64,000 bases of DNA from Candidatus Woesearchaeota archaeon (GTDB lineage: Archaea > Nanobdellota > Nanobdellia > Woesearchaeales > GW2011-AR9): the NCBI GenBank assembly GCA_018696595.1, contig JABHQW010000008.1, positions 363,758 through 427,757 on the forward strand, written 5' to 3'. The notes beneath the pieces were generated by a model that had not been told where the DNA came from, did no database searches, and worked only from the letters and a program-made list of their open reading frames with translations. Shown piece after piece: positions 25,680-36,509 of the stretch (the first letter of the stretch is position 1; each line of letters starts with the position of its first letter). Both the position numbers and the translations under genes were made by a program.

Positions 25680-27941
25680 ATGGGAAACACATTTGCAATT
25701 TTAGGTGGACAATGGGGAGACGAAGGTAAAGGAAAATTTGTAGATTGGGCAGCTAAGTATTTTGACATTTCTGCGAGAGCCACTGGTGGTAACAATGCAG
25801 GACATACTGTTTATGTTGGCGAAGAGAAACATATTTTTCATTTAATCCCTTCTGCAATTACTTGGAAGAATGTTGATTGTCTTTTAGGAAATGGAATGGT
25901 GATTGATCCATTAATTCTGTTAAAAGAAATTGATACTTTAGAACAAAAAGGTTACACTGTTAATAATCTTTACATCTCTGGAAGAGCGCATATGATTTTA
26001 CTTTACAACAAAGTCTTAGACAAATATAAAGAGAAATCAAAAGGAAAAAAGAAAGTTGGCACTACGGGAAGAGGTATTGGTCCAACTTATGCTGATAAAG
26101 CTTATTATACTGGAATCAGAATGAATGATCTGTTGGATAAAGAGTTGTTAAAAAGAAAAGTTAGCCTACATGTTTGGGAAAAGTTTGGTTCATTTAAGAA
26201 ATTACATGAAGATGATGATGAAATAATTATGGGGGCTTTAAGAGATTCTCTTCCTGAAGATACATTTTTTGATAAATGGAGAAGTAAACTACTCGATTTG
26301 GGAAATAATATTAATCTGAACAAGTTAACAAATTTCTTTGTTGATATTTATTTTTCTGTTGGTAAAATATTAAAGAAACATATTACAGATACTCGGCTGA
26401 TGTTAGAATCTAATGCCAAAGATGGTAAAAGTATTCTTTTAGAAGGTGCACAGGGGTTATTGTTAGATGTTGATCACGGAACTTATCCTTTTGTGACTTC
26501 TTCTAACGCTTCCATTGGTGGTTTGAAAACCGGTTTAGGTTTACCGCACTTAGATATTGCTTATAGTGTTGTTAAAGCTTATACTACAAGAGTCGGTGAA
26601 GGCCCTTTTGCTACAGAACTATTTGATGATGTTGGTAACTATTTAAGAGAAAAAGGTGGCGAGTTTGGTTCTACTACTGGGAGACCAAGAAGATGTGGTT
26701 GGCATGATACTGTTTTAACAAGACATACTGCATTAATTAATGGGCCAAACATTGTTATTAGTAAATTGGATGTTTTAACGGGTTTGGAGAAACTTAAAAT
26801 TTGTAATTCTTACAAATATCTTGGACCTAAGAAAGTTTTTAATGGCGAAATTTACTTCACTGGAAAAATTTTGAAAGATTTCCCTGCTGATGGGTTTTTG
26901 TTAGAACATTGTGTTCCTCATCAATGGGTTGAAATGCCTGGCTGGACTGAAGACATAACTAATGTTAAAGAATATAGTCTTTTGCCTATTAATGCCCAGA
27001 ATTATTTACGTAAAATTGAAGAGTTGGGGAATGTTGAAATTAGTTTGGTTAGCATTGGTCCAAAAAGAGAACAGATGATCGTTATGCCAGGAAGATGGAA
27101 CTTAGAAGTCAAACAAGAAAAAGTTTCTTCTTCTTCTGTAAGTGAACCTGTAGAACAACCAATAGAAGAGAGAGAAACATTTGTAGAACCAACTGTTAAT
27201 GTTGAAACAGAGTCTCAACTAGAAACCAGAACAGAAATTAAAACAGAACCTGAAGAAGACACAAAAATAAAAGCAATCATTTATGACATGGATAATACTT
27301 TAGTTAATACTGATGGCTTTGTACTTGGTCATTTAAGAAGAACGGCATTAAGAGTTTGTCAAGACATTCCATTTACAGTTCCAAGTGATGAAGAAATTAA
27401 AAGAGTACAAAAAGAAAATCTTCCTTTTGAGGATATCTTTGTAAAACTATTTCCAAATCCGTTGGGCTATATTCGTGATGAACCATTATCAGGCGTGGTT
27501 TTAGCAAAATACCGGGAAGATGCAAAAGAAATTCCTTTTTCTTCAACACTTGGCGGGATAGATCTTGTTGAAACTATGTCTAAACAAGAAGTTGTTCAAG
27601 GAATTGTGACAAACCGAGTTCGGATGGCTCGTCATCGGTTAGATCAAGCTGGTTATAGTGATTTTTCTTTTATTGTTCAACCAGAATCTAAAGAACAGAG
27701 TAAACCAAATCCTCTTTGTTTAAGACCAGCGTTAGACTTTTTGCAAGAGAAGAATATTTCTAAGTCTGAGGTTCTTTCTGTCGGCGATCATCCTGACGAT
27801 TATCTTGCTGCAAGAGATGCAGGAATTACATTCATTGCTGTTTTAACTGGAGAAAGCACCAAAGGAGATTTTATTAGTGCGGGTTTAGATGCAAATATGA
27901 TTGTTGATGATCTTGGAGAATTGAAAGAAATAATAAATTAA
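25680..27941 (+). CDS. purA: adenylosuccinate synthetase fused to HAD phosphatase
   Basis: GGQWGDEGKGK, GGNNAGHT, EGAQG, YPFVTSS, GSTTGRPRRCGW; C-terminal YDMDNTL, VTN, KPNP, VGDHPDD. Confidence 0.93.
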   Translation: MGNTFAILGGQWGDEGKGKFVDWAAKYFDISARATGGNNAGHTVYVGEEKHIFHLIPSAITWKNVDCLLGNGMVIDPLILLKEIDTLEQKGYTVNNLYISGRAHMILLYNKVLDKYKEKSKGKKKVGTTGRGIGPTYADKAYYTGIRMNDLLDKELLKRKVSLHVWEKFGSFKKLHEDDDEIIMGALRDSLPEDTFFDKWRSKLLDLGNNINLNKLTNFFVDIYFSVGKILKKHITDTRLMLESNAKDGKSILLEGAQGLLLDVDHGTYPFVTSSNASIGGLKTGLGLPHLDIAYSVVKAYTTRVGEGPFATELFDDVGNYLREKGGEFGSTTGRPRRCGWHDTVLTRHTALINGPNIVISKLDVLTGLEKLKICNSYKYLGPKKVFNGEIYFTGKILKDFPADGFLLEHCVPHQWVEMPGWTEDITNVKEYSLLPINAQNYLRKIEELGNVEISLVSIGPKREQMIVMPGRWNLEVKQEKVSSSSVSEPVEQPIEERETFVEPTVNVETESQLETRTEIKTEPEEDTKIKAIIYDMDNTLVNTDGFVLGHLRRTALRVCQDIPFTVPSDEEIKRVQKENLPFEDIFVKLFPNPLGYIRDEPLSGVVLAKYREDAKEIPFSSTLGGIDLVETMSKQEVVQGIVTNRVRMARHRLDQAGYSDFSFIVQPESKEQSKPNPLCLRPALDFLQEKNISKSEVLSVGDHPDDYLAARDAGITFIAVLTGESTKGDFISAGLDANMIVDDLGELKEIIN

Positions 27942-27946
27942 TTTTT

Positions 27947-28165
27947 TTATATTTTCTTAAATCTTGGTCCTTCATAATCTTCTTTTTTTACATTATCTAG
28001 AAACATTTCTTTTGGTCTAACCCACATTGTATTTGCAGATTCTCCTTTTACTGGATCGGGATGATTGTAAACAACCATCTCTTCTATGGTTTCAGAATGT
28101 AATGCGATTCCTATTACTTCTACGATTGTTCCTTTGAAGTGTTTATATTTGCCTAATTTAATCAT
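27947..28165 (-). CDS. DUF1653 domain protein
   Basis: YKHFKG...ALHSET.EEMVVY...WVRPKEMF. Confidence 0.88.
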   Translation of the reverse strand: MIKLGKYKHFKGTIVEVIGIALHSETIEEMVVYNHPDPVKGESANTMWVRPKEMFLDNVKKEDYEGPRFKKI

Positions 28166-28635
28166 TCTTCATGATGTTTGAACTCTTCATCCATCTTTTT
28201 CAAATAATCTTTAACTCTACTCATTACAGACTTTAGCAAGAAGCCTTCTACTTTCTCTTCAAAGATTTCAGATAAATTACTAAACTCAGTTACTCGATAT
28301 AAGTTAGCGTTAGTTTCAATCAGATGTAAATCTTTCAATCTTTTCAATTGTCTTCTAATATTGGAAGAGGCAATGCCTAACATTGGTAACTTAGAATCTT
28401 TTCTTAAATCCATAACATTATTTTTAACTTCTTCAGAATGTAATTGTTCTTTTTGTTGTTTTGCTTTTAATAAAACATGCAGAACATCTACAACAACATC
28501 TCTTGAATCTCCAGGTTGTAATAATCCAACTGACAAGCAGAATTTTCTTACTAAATCTCTGTCGTTCATTGTTGGTTTTTCATATCTACGTAATGTAATT
28601 TCCGCAAGCGGAGTATCTCGACTAATTTTTGCCAT
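28162..28635 (-). CDS. conserved winged-helix hypothetical protein
   Basis: EITLRRYEKP...SVGLLQPGDSRD...SNIRRQLKRL; wHTH-like pattern. Confidence 0.75.
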   Translation of the reverse strand: MAKISRDTPLAEITLRRYEKPTMNDRDLVRKFCLSVGLLQPGDSRDVVVDVLHVLLKAKQQKEQLHSEEVKNNVMDLRKDSKLPMLGIASSNIRRQLKRLKDLHLIETNANLYRVTEFSNLSEIFEEKVEGFLLKSVMSRVKDYLKKMDEEFKHHEE

Positions 28636-28648
28636 TTTTCATCTACCT

Positions 28649-30340
28649 CTATTTATGTAGGTAATAAAAAATCATTTTATTACCCTCTTTTTTGTCTAAT
28701 CTACAAAAGGAGAATCTTTCCAACTGCACAATGTCTCCTTCTTTCAAATCTAACATGCTTTTCTCTCCCAAGCCGAGGGCATGAGAATTATCTTCCATTA
28801 CTACTTCTACTACAACATTATCTTCAACAGGAAGCCAATGGATAATCATGCCTTTCTTTGAAGAGTTCTTAAAATCTTCATAACTCTCAGAAACAAATTT
28901 ATATTTTCCTTCAACAACTTCAAAATTACAATAATCCATTAAACGATGAACTTTTCCTTCAACTAACTTTTCATAATCATCTTCGGCAATATTAATTTCG
29001 TCGTGCACAGATAAAGTTCTTTGTCCTCGATCTGGGAAATCTGGATGTAAATCTAACTGCACAGAATTCTTGGGAGAATTAAGTACTTTAATTCCAACCG
29101 AATCATGAATAAAGAAATATCTGTTTGCTTTTTCTTCAATTAGTTCTTTATTGAAAGAGTTAATGTTTTTCCAGAATTCTTTCTGAGAAACAGTTTTATC
29201 ATTTAAACTAAGACCAATTTCTAAAGCATACTTTCTAAATGCGCCAGCTTGGTAACCCCTTCTTCTTAAAGCCATTAAAGTCATCAATCTAATATCATCC
29301 CAACCATGATATTCTCTTTGTTCTATAGCGAGTTTAGTTTTCGTTGTTGATAATTTAAATCCTTCAAAGTTAATTTTCCCCCAATGCTTATACTCGGGAA
29401 CTTTCCAACCAAGATATTTCATAACCAACGCTTCTTTAATTCCATTATCGTGATGATCTTTTCCATTCAAAACATGCGTAACACCTAATTCGTGATCATC
29501 AATAGCTACTGAAAGAATCATTAATGGCCAAACTCGTTGTTCCTTGCCTGTTTTTGGATGGACTCTTTCATTAATTCTCATTAAAGAAAAATCTCTCATT
29601 GCCGGGTTTTTATCTTTAATATTTGTTTTTAATTTCAGAACAGCTTCTCCTTCTGCATATTCATTAAACATTTTTGCGTATCTAAGACCGTTTTCTTTTA
29701 CATCTAACTCCCGACAAGGGCAAGCTTCTCCTTTAGCTTTTAGAGTTCGCCATTCTTCTGTATTACAGGTACAAACGTAAGCTTTGCCTTTTTGGACTAA
29801 CTTTTCTGCATAATCATAATAAGTGCCTAATCTTTCTGATTGTACTACGATCTGGTCCACTTTATTTCCTGTTAACCAATTAGCATCATCTTCAATCAGT
29901 TCGTAAGCTTTTGAATAAATATTATCTGGGTTGGTATCTTCAATCCTTAAAATGAATTTACCTTTATACATTTTAGCGTATTCATAATTTAATGAAGAAC
30001 CATAAGCGTGACCAATATGTAATGGTCCACTTGGAGATGGAGCAATTCTAACAACAACTTTACCTTCTTTTGCATTTGGTAATGGTTTTAAAGGCCCTTT
30101 AACTTCTTCTTTCTTTTCTTGAAGTTGTTCTGGGGCAATCTCTTCCAGTTTAGATTTAGCTTCTTCTTTAGACAAACTAGAAATCTCTTTAATCGTATTA
30201 TCAATTTCTTTTAAAACTTTTGGAACATCTTTTTTCAGTTCAGGATTGTCTCTCAGAGTTAATCCCAGAACAACTTTAGGATTGACAGAACCAAATTGGT
30301 AGATGTTTTTTAGGCAGTGTTTGAGAATAGTGTCTTTCAT
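28649..30340 (-). CDS. gltX: glutamate--tRNA ligase (archaeal type)
   Basis: RIAPSPSGPLHIGH, LRIEDTN, KLSTT; archaeal N-terminal extension. Confidence 0.95.
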   Translation of the reverse strand: MKDTILKHCLKNIYQFGSVNPKVVLGLTLRDNPELKKDVPKVLKEIDNTIKEISSLSKEEAKSKLEEIAPEQLQEKKEEVKGPLKPLPNAKEGKVVVRIAPSPSGPLHIGHAYGSSLNYEYAKMYKGKFILRIEDTNPDNIYSKAYELIEDDANWLTGNKVDQIVVQSERLGTYYDYAEKLVQKGKAYVCTCNTEEWRTLKAKGEACPCRELDVKENGLRYAKMFNEYAEGEAVLKLKTNIKDKNPAMRDFSLMRINERVHPKTGKEQRVWPLMILSVAIDDHELGVTHVLNGKDHHDNGIKEALVMKYLGWKVPEYKHWGKINFEGFKLSTTKTKLAIEQREYHGWDDIRLMTLMALRRRGYQAGAFRKYALEIGLSLNDKTVSQKEFWKNINSFNKELIEEKANRYFFIHDSVGIKVLNSPKNSVQLDLHPDFPDRGQRTLSVHDEINIAEDDYEKLVEGKVHRLMDYCNFEVVEGKYKFVSESYEDFKNSSKKGMIIHWLPVEDNVVVEVVMEDNSHALGLGEKSMLDLKEGDIVQLERFSFCRLDKKEGNKMIFYYLHK

Positions 30341-30385
30341 TGTTGATTGTAAAGAAGTAGTAGTTATTAAAGGTTTTGATTATAT

Positions 30386-31195
30386 CTAAAACCTGCCCTT
30401 CTCAACCAATTTCTTCATTCTTTTTACAAAACCATCAGCTTCAGCATAATACTTTTCATAATCTACACCTTTAATTTCTCTAATCTCTCTATGGGTTATT
30501 TTTTTACTAAGAACATAAAACTTCTTCATGGTTTCTACATATTTCTTCTCTAATAAACGATGTTTAACATAAGTGTCTTCTAATATGTCTGCAACATGTT
30601 CAGGGGTTGGCGGAACAATATTTTTCCGCATTAAAGCTGCATGTGCAGAATCAATTACTGCCCAATATAAATCAAGAGTCGCTTGCAATAAATGCCATTT
30701 TGAATTTAATAAAGTTCTTGGAGCTCGACCAAAATATCGCCAAACAGATTCTTCCGAGGGACGAATACGACCTTGTTGTAATAATCTTTGTAATGGTTCA
30801 AAGAATCCAGAATCATTTAAAGCAACACCATCTCTTAGAATATTAACTGCAACTGGGTCACCAGCTTTAACATATTCCCAAAAGGAAGTAAAAGTCATTG
30901 AAGTAATATGAAATTTATCTGAAATCTTGGAAATAACTTTCTCAACAATAATCTTGTAACTTTCAATTAAAGCTTCTGTAACTTGGAATGAAACATCATT
31001 ACTAACTAATAAAACATCAATATCACTATGTTTGGTTGTTTCTCTTCTAACCGCACTTCCAAACAAAACCGCTCCCATTAAAAAGTCGCCAAGCTCATTT
31101 TTAACTTCTTGAACAAATTTTTGTGCTAATTTAAGATCATCAGTTGGATATTTATGAATATTCTCGTTTTCTTTTTTATGTATTCTAAATTGCAT
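30386..31195 (-). CDS. minimal nucleotidyltransferase fused to HEPN-like domain
   Basis: LFGSAVR...SDIDVL; C-terminal helical AHAALM...ITHR. Confidence 0.8.
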   Translation of the reverse strand: MQFRIHKKENENIHKYPTDDLKLAQKFVQEVKNELGDFLMGAVLFGSAVRRETTKHSDIDVLLVSNDVSFQVTEALIESYKIIVEKVISKISDKFHITSMTFTSFWEYVKAGDPVAVNILRDGVALNDSGFFEPLQRLLQQGRIRPSEESVWRYFGRAPRTLLNSKWHLLQATLDLYWAVIDSAHAALMRKNIVPPTPEHVADILEDTYVKHRLLEKKYVETMKKFYVLSKKITHREIREIKGVDYEKYYAEADGFVKRMKKLVEKGRF

Positions 31196-31326
31196 TATTT
31201 ATAGAGAATAGCAGTGAGGTTTATTAAGCTTTTTTAACTATTCTAGAGTAGGTAGTGCAAAATCAACATGAAATAATTCATTCTTTAGCAACATTTTTAA
31301 ACAAACATTAACACTTTCAAACTAAA

Positions 31327-32256
31327 ATGTATGATACAATTATTATCGGAGCCGGTCCAGCAGGATTAGCAGCAGCAATTTATGCTGGAAGAAAAAAACT
31401 AAAGACCGCGATTATTACCATTGATGTAGGTGGTCAGGGAAACTTAACTAGTCATATTGAGAATTATCCTGGTGCATTACCTCAATCTGGAATGGAACTG
31501 ATTGATAAGTTTAAACAACAAGTTGACGCTCAAGGAGTAGAATTTCTCTTTGGTAAAGCTACTGAAGTTAAAAAAGTCGATGATCATTTTGAAATTGTTG
31601 TGGGTAATACTGAGATTCATAAAACTAAAAGCATAATTCTAACTTACGGAAAAGTTCCTCGTAGATTAGGTATTCCTGGTGAAGATGAATTCTTTGGGAA
31701 AGGAGTGAGTACTTGTGCAACCTGCGATGGACCATTATATAAAAACAAAATTGTTGCCATTGTTGGCGGCGGAAATTCTGCTGTTGAGGCAGCTATTGAT
31801 TTGTCAACCCATGCAGAAAAAGTTTATTTAGTCCACAGAAGACAAGAATTTAGAGCGGATGAAGTTACCATTGAGAAAATTAAGACCAATCCTAAAATAG
31901 AATTAGTTTTAGATTCTGTTCCTGTTGAAATTAAGGGAGAAAGATTTGTCAATGCTACTGTAGTTGAAAACAAAGTAACAAAAGAACAAAGAGAAATCAA
32001 AATTGATGGCTTGTTCTTAGAAATCGGTTATGTTGTAGATAGTTCGTTTGTTAAAGAATTAATTAAAATTAATGAGTATAATGAAGTTATTGTTAACTCA
32101 ATTGGCGAGACTTCTCTAAAAGGAGTTTTTGCTGCTGGTGACGTAACAGATATGCCTTACAAACAAGCAATTATTGCTGCTGGCGAAGGGGCTAAAGCAG
32201 CTTTAAGCGCTTACGCTTACGTTACTGGAATGAAACCAACAACTGATTGGCATTAA
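31327..32256 (+). CDS. trxB: thioredoxin reductase
   Basis: GAGPAG, CATCDG, GGGNSA, AAGD. Confidence 0.95.
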   Translation: MYDTIIIGAGPAGLAAAIYAGRKKLKTAIITIDVGGQGNLTSHIENYPGALPQSGMELIDKFKQQVDAQGVEFLFGKATEVKKVDDHFEIVVGNTEIHKTKSIILTYGKVPRRLGIPGEDEFFGKGVSTCATCDGPLYKNKIVAIVGGGNSAVEAAIDLSTHAEKVYLVHRRQEFRADEVTIEKIKTNPKIELVLDSVPVEIKGERFVNATVVENKVTKEQREIKIDGLFLEIGYVVDSSFVKELIKINEYNEVIVNSIGETSLKGVFAAGDVTDMPYKQAIIAAGEGAKAALSAYAYVTGMKPTTDWH

Positions 32257-32274
32257 AAATGAGGTGAATTTAAA

Positions 32275-32631
32275 ATGAGAAAGGTATTAATTGTTTCGTT
32301 GGCTTTGTTAACTGTATTTCTAGTTTCTTGTGGAAATACAGGGAATGGTATAGCTGGGTCAACTAACTTAGATGCATTTGCAGAATGTTTAGCTGAGAAT
32401 GGTGCTACTATGTATGGTGCAGAATGGTGTAGTCATTGTAAAGATCAAAAAGCAATGTTTGGAAGTTCTTTCAAGAATGTAGATTATGTTGAATGTACTG
32501 TTGAACAACAAAAATGTGTGGAATCTGGCATTTCGGGTTATCCTAGTTGGGTGTTTTCCGATGGGACCATTTTAGCAGGAGTACAACAATTCTCAACATT
32601 GGCAAAGAAGACGGGTTGTGTTTTGAACTGA
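32275..32631 (+). CDS. thioredoxin/glutaredoxin-like lipoprotein
   Basis: Lipobox LVSC; YGAEWCSHC; GYPSW. Confidence 0.85.
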   Translation: MRKVLIVSLALLTVFLVSCGNTGNGIAGSTNLDAFAECLAENGATMYGAEWCSHCKDQKAMFGSSFKNVDYVECTVEQQKCVESGISGYPSWVFSDGTILAGVQQFSTLAKKTGCVLN

Positions 32632-32696
32632 TAGCAAACCCATAAATTTATATACTATTTTTATTTTTTACTTTTTATATAAAAAAGGTGATGTTC

Positions 32697-33992
32697 ATGA
32701 GAAAAATAAATTCATTAATATTGGTTGTTTGTTTTGCTTTAGTTATGGCACTACCTTTAGTTTCTGCTGCAACTAATTATGGTTTTCCTAATGTTGAAAC
32801 AACATTATTATCTCAAGATCCCGATCCTGTAGAACCAGGACAAATTGTGAAAGTTAAATTCAAAATTGAAAATGATGGAAAAAAAACGGGTGAAGATGTA
32901 ATTGTTAAAGTTCTTCCTAAATTTCCTTTTTCTAGTTATGATGGCATTGTTGAAAAAAATATCGGAAAACTTCTTGCTTCTTCTGGTACGGATGCAACAG
33001 TTGTTGAGTTTAGATTAAAGGTTGATGAAAAAGCAGCCGAAGGAGATACAGAATTAGAACTTATTGTTTTAATAGATGAGGGCTTAGGAAAAAGTTACAC
33101 TAATGATGAGTTTTTAATAAATATTCAAACCCATGATGCGGTTTTAGACATTACTTCAATTAGTTCAAACCCAAAACAAATTGCTCCTGGAGAAAGTGCA
33201 GAAGTAAACATTATGGTTAAGAACTTAGCCGACTCATTGTTAAAAGATATCAAATTTAAATTAGATTTCGATGATGACGATTTACCTTTAGCACCTTATC
33301 AATCCTCTTCCGAAAGAAGAATTTCTCAATTACAATCTAATTATCAAAATAGTCTAAGCTTTAATGTTATTGCTGATCCTGAGGCCACTCCTGGTCTATA
33401 CAAAGTACCCGTAACAATAACCTATAATGATGAGAATGGCAATGCTTATTCTGTAAGTGACATTTTAGCTGTTACAGTGGGAGAAATTCCTAAACTTAAA
33501 GCTTACATTAAGAAAAGTGCAGTTTTACAAGCAAAATCAGAAGGAAAAATTACTTTAGAAATTGCTAATTCTGGTAGTTCTAACATTAAGTTTTTAGAAA
33601 TTACTTTATTGCCTTCTGACGATTATCAATTAGTTTCTACTACTAATTACTTTTATATGGGGGATGTTGATTCTGATGACACTGAAAGTGAGGAAGTTGA
33701 TATCTACATTAACAAGAAGGTTGAAACTTTGCATGTTCCAATGCTTTTGAAGTATACTGATGCAAACAACAAACCTTTTCAGCAACAATTTGATCTAGAA
33801 ATGAATCTTTATTCTTCTTCCGAATTAAAGAAGTTTGGATTGGTTGAAAGTAGTAGTGCGGGAATTTACTTTTTGATAATTGTGTTGGGCGTTATTGGTT
33901 TTATTCTTTACAGAAGTTATAAGAAAGATCCTGACAAGTTTTCTAGGAGATGGAAGAGAAGATTATCTTTCAGATTCAGAAAAAAGAAATAA
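32697..33992 (+). CDS. COG1361-type S-layer domain protein
   Basis: Signal peptide; QDPDPVEPG; Ig-like repeats; C-terminal TM; precedes ABC permeases. Confidence 0.85.
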   Translation: MRKINSLILVVCFALVMALPLVSAATNYGFPNVETTLLSQDPDPVEPGQIVKVKFKIENDGKKTGEDVIVKVLPKFPFSSYDGIVEKNIGKLLASSGTDATVVEFRLKVDEKAAEGDTELELIVLIDEGLGKSYTNDEFLINIQTHDAVLDITSISSNPKQIAPGESAEVNIMVKNLADSLLKDIKFKLDFDDDDLPLAPYQSSSERRISQLQSNYQNSLSFNVIADPEATPGLYKVPVTITYNDENGNAYSVSDILAVTVGEIPKLKAYIKKSAVLQAKSEGKITLEIANSGSSNIKFLEITLLPSDDYQLVSTTNYFYMGDVDSDDTESEEVDIYINKKVETLHVPMLLKYTDANNKPFQQQFDLEMNLYSSSELKKFGLVESSSAGIYFLIIVLGVIGFILYRSYKKDPDKFSRRWKRRLSFRFRKKK

Positions 33993-34041
33993 TTAGAGAA
34001 CAACAATATTAAAATAGGGTTTTATTATATCCATATACACA

Positions 34042-35256
34042 ATGATAAGAGACTACTTTAGGTTAGCATATAAAAGTGCCAAACAAAGAAAGATGCGTTC
34101 TTGGCTAACTATGATTGGTATTTTTATTGGTATTGCTGCCGTTGTGGCTTTAGTTTCTCTTTCTCAAGGTTTACAAACCGCTATTGCTGAACAGTTTGTA
34201 GGTTTAGGTTCTGATAAAATAATTATTCAGGGAATCAGTTCTGGTTTTGGTCCTCCTGGGACAGGTGTTGAAGTTCCTTTAACTATTAATGATCGGGAAG
34301 TTCTTGAAAAGGTTAAAGGTATTGATAATGTTGTTGGTAGATTAGTTCGTTCTGTTAAAATAGAATCCAATGATGAAGTTAAATATTCATTTGGTGCTTC
34401 TCTTCCAGAAGATAGTGAAGATATTGATTTAGCAGTTGAGGCTAATAATTATAAGATTGGTCAAGGTCGCTTGCTTAAGAAAGGGGACAAATACAAAGTA
34501 ATGATTGGACACAACTTTGCAGAAGATTTCTTTGATAACAGTTTAGAAGTAAGAGATAAAGTTTTAATTGAAGATTTTGATTTTAAGATCGTTGGGATTT
34601 TAAAGAAATCAGGGAACCCTCAACAGGACGAAACCATAGTAATTCCTGAAGCCGCAATGAGAGAAATCTTGGGAATCGAAGAAACTTATGATATTATACC
34701 TGCAAAAATCAGTGCTGGTGAAGATCTTACAATAATTACAGAAAGAGCGAAAAAAGAATTAAGAAAATATCGTAATGTGGAAGAAGGTAAAGAAGATTTT
34801 ACAATTCAAACTCCTGAAAGTCTTTTGGCTACTCTTAATACCATTTTATTAATCGTACAAGGTGTCCTAGTTGGTATTGCTGCAATTTCTCTTGTTGTTG
34901 GTGGTATAGGAATTATGAACACGATGTATACTGCTGTTTTAGAAAGAACTAAAGAAATCGGTGTGATGAAAGCAATTGGCGCTAGGAATTGGGAAATTAT
35001 GTCTATCTTTGTTATTGAATCCGGGATGTTGGGCGTGATTGGTGGAATCATTGGGGTAAGTTTAGGTTTTGGAATTAGTAAATCAGTTGAACTTATTGCC
35101 TTCCAAATTTATGGTAGCTTTTTAATAAGAGCAGATTTTAATTTGGGGTTGTTGATTGGAATGTTAACATTTGGATTTGTTATTGGGGCTTTGTCTGGTT
35201 GGTTCCCAGCAAGACAAGCGGCTGCTTTGAAACCGGTGGATGCATTAAGAAAATAA
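34042..35256 (+). CDS. ABC transporter permease (MacB/FtsX family)
   Basis: RSWLTMIGIFIGIAAVV; GIMNTMYTAVLERTKEIG; PARQAA. Confidence 0.93.
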   Translation: MIRDYFRLAYKSAKQRKMRSWLTMIGIFIGIAAVVALVSLSQGLQTAIAEQFVGLGSDKIIIQGISSGFGPPGTGVEVPLTINDREVLEKVKGIDNVVGRLVRSVKIESNDEVKYSFGASLPEDSEDIDLAVEANNYKIGQGRLLKKGDKYKVMIGHNFAEDFFDNSLEVRDKVLIEDFDFKIVGILKKSGNPQQDETIVIPEAAMREILGIEETYDIIPAKISAGEDLTIITERAKKELRKYRNVEEGKEDFTIQTPESLLATLNTILLIVQGVLVGIAAISLVVGGIGIMNTMYTAVLERTKEIGVMKAIGARNWEIMSIFVIESGMLGVIGGIIGVSLGFGISKSVELIAFQIYGSFLIRADFNLGLLIGMLTFGFVIGALSGWFPARQAAALKPVDALRK

Positions 35257-35257
35257 A

Positions 35258-36469
35258 ATGATAAAAGACTATTTCAAAATACCAGCAAAGGAAATCAGAA
35301 GAAGGAAGTTACGTAGTTGGTTAACTCTTATCGGTATTTTCATTGGTATTGCTGCGATTGTTTCTTTGATTACTTTAGGTCAGGGTTTAGAGAATGCAAT
35401 TGAAAAACAGTTCTCTGCTTTGGGAAAAGATAAATTGTTCATTCTACCAAAAGGGGGATTCTTTGGAATGGGTTCTTCAGAATTACTTACAGAAGATGAC
35501 TTAGAATTGGTTCAGGGTACTTCTGGTGTTAAGATTGCTACTGGTCTTACGCAAGGTTTCGCTAAATCTGAATTTAATGATTTGGTTCATTATGGTTTCA
35601 TTTCAGGGATTTCTACGGATCCTGAAGAAAGAGCTTTAGTGTGGGATGCACAGACTTATGGAATGGCGGAAGGGAGATTGTTAAGGAAAGGTGATAAGTT
35701 CAAAACAATCTTGGGTTATGAATATTCTTTGCCTAATTTATTTGATAAGAGAGTAGAATTGGGAGATAAAATTTTACTACATAATAAAGAGTTTAAGGTG
35801 GTGGGGTTCTTGGAAAAGATTGGTTCTCCCCCTGATGATCAAGCAGCGATTATCCCTTTAGATGCATACGAGGAAGTATTTGATTCTAATAATGAACTCA
35901 ATTTTATTATTGCTCAAACTAAATTGGCAGAAGATCCTTTTTTAGTTGCTGAAGATATAGAAGAAGAATTAAGGGACGATCATCGTCTTGATGAAGGCGA
36001 AGAGGATTTTGAGATTCAAACTCCTGAACAATTTGCAGAAACTTTTGGAGTTATCTTAGATATTGTCCAAATTGTTTTAATTGGTATTGCAGGAATTGCA
36101 CTTTTGGTTGGTGGTATCGGGATTATGAATACCATGTTCACTGCTGTTTTACAGAGAACGAAAGAGATTGGAATTATGAAAGCTATTGGGGCAAGAAACT
36201 CTCACATTTTATACTTATTTTTAGTTGAGTCGGGATTGTATGGTATTCTGGGGGGTTTAATTGGAGTTACTCTAGGAATCGGGTTTGCTAAACTTACTGA
36301 ATTTGCTTTTGTTCAAGCAGTAGGGCCAGCATTCTTAGTAATAACCATTGATTGGGTTCTTATAATTGGAACATTAATTTTTTCATTTTTAATTGGTGTT
36401 CTTTCTGGAATTGCTCCTGCAAGAAGAGCATCTAAATTGAATCCTGTAGATTCGCTAAGGTATGAATAG
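35258..36469 (+). CDS. ABC transporter permease (MacB/FtsX family)
   Basis: Paralog of the upstream permease with the same motifs. Confidence 0.93.
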   Translation: MIKDYFKIPAKEIRRRKLRSWLTLIGIFIGIAAIVSLITLGQGLENAIEKQFSALGKDKLFILPKGGFFGMGSSELLTEDDLELVQGTSGVKIATGLTQGFAKSEFNDLVHYGFISGISTDPEERALVWDAQTYGMAEGRLLRKGDKFKTILGYEYSLPNLFDKRVELGDKILLHNKEFKVVGFLEKIGSPPDDQAAIIPLDAYEEVFDSNNELNFIIAQTKLAEDPFLVAEDIEEELRDDHRLDEGEEDFEIQTPEQFAETFGVILDIVQIVLIGIAGIALLVGGIGIMNTMFTAVLQRTKEIGIMKAIGARNSHILYLFLVESGLYGILGGLIGVTLGIGFAKLTEFAFVQAVGPAFLVITIDWVLIIGTLIFSFLIGVLSGIAPARRASKLNPVDSLRYE

Positions 36470-36509
36470 AAAGTTAAATAAAATATAAAAGAAGGAATAA
36501 CAAAATATT

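Noticed and set aside
30386-31195. MNT-HEPN protein as a toxin-antitoxin or defence system
   Set aside because: It is a single fused gene in housekeeping context next to gltX, with no clear RxxxxH nuclease motif and no defence neighbours.
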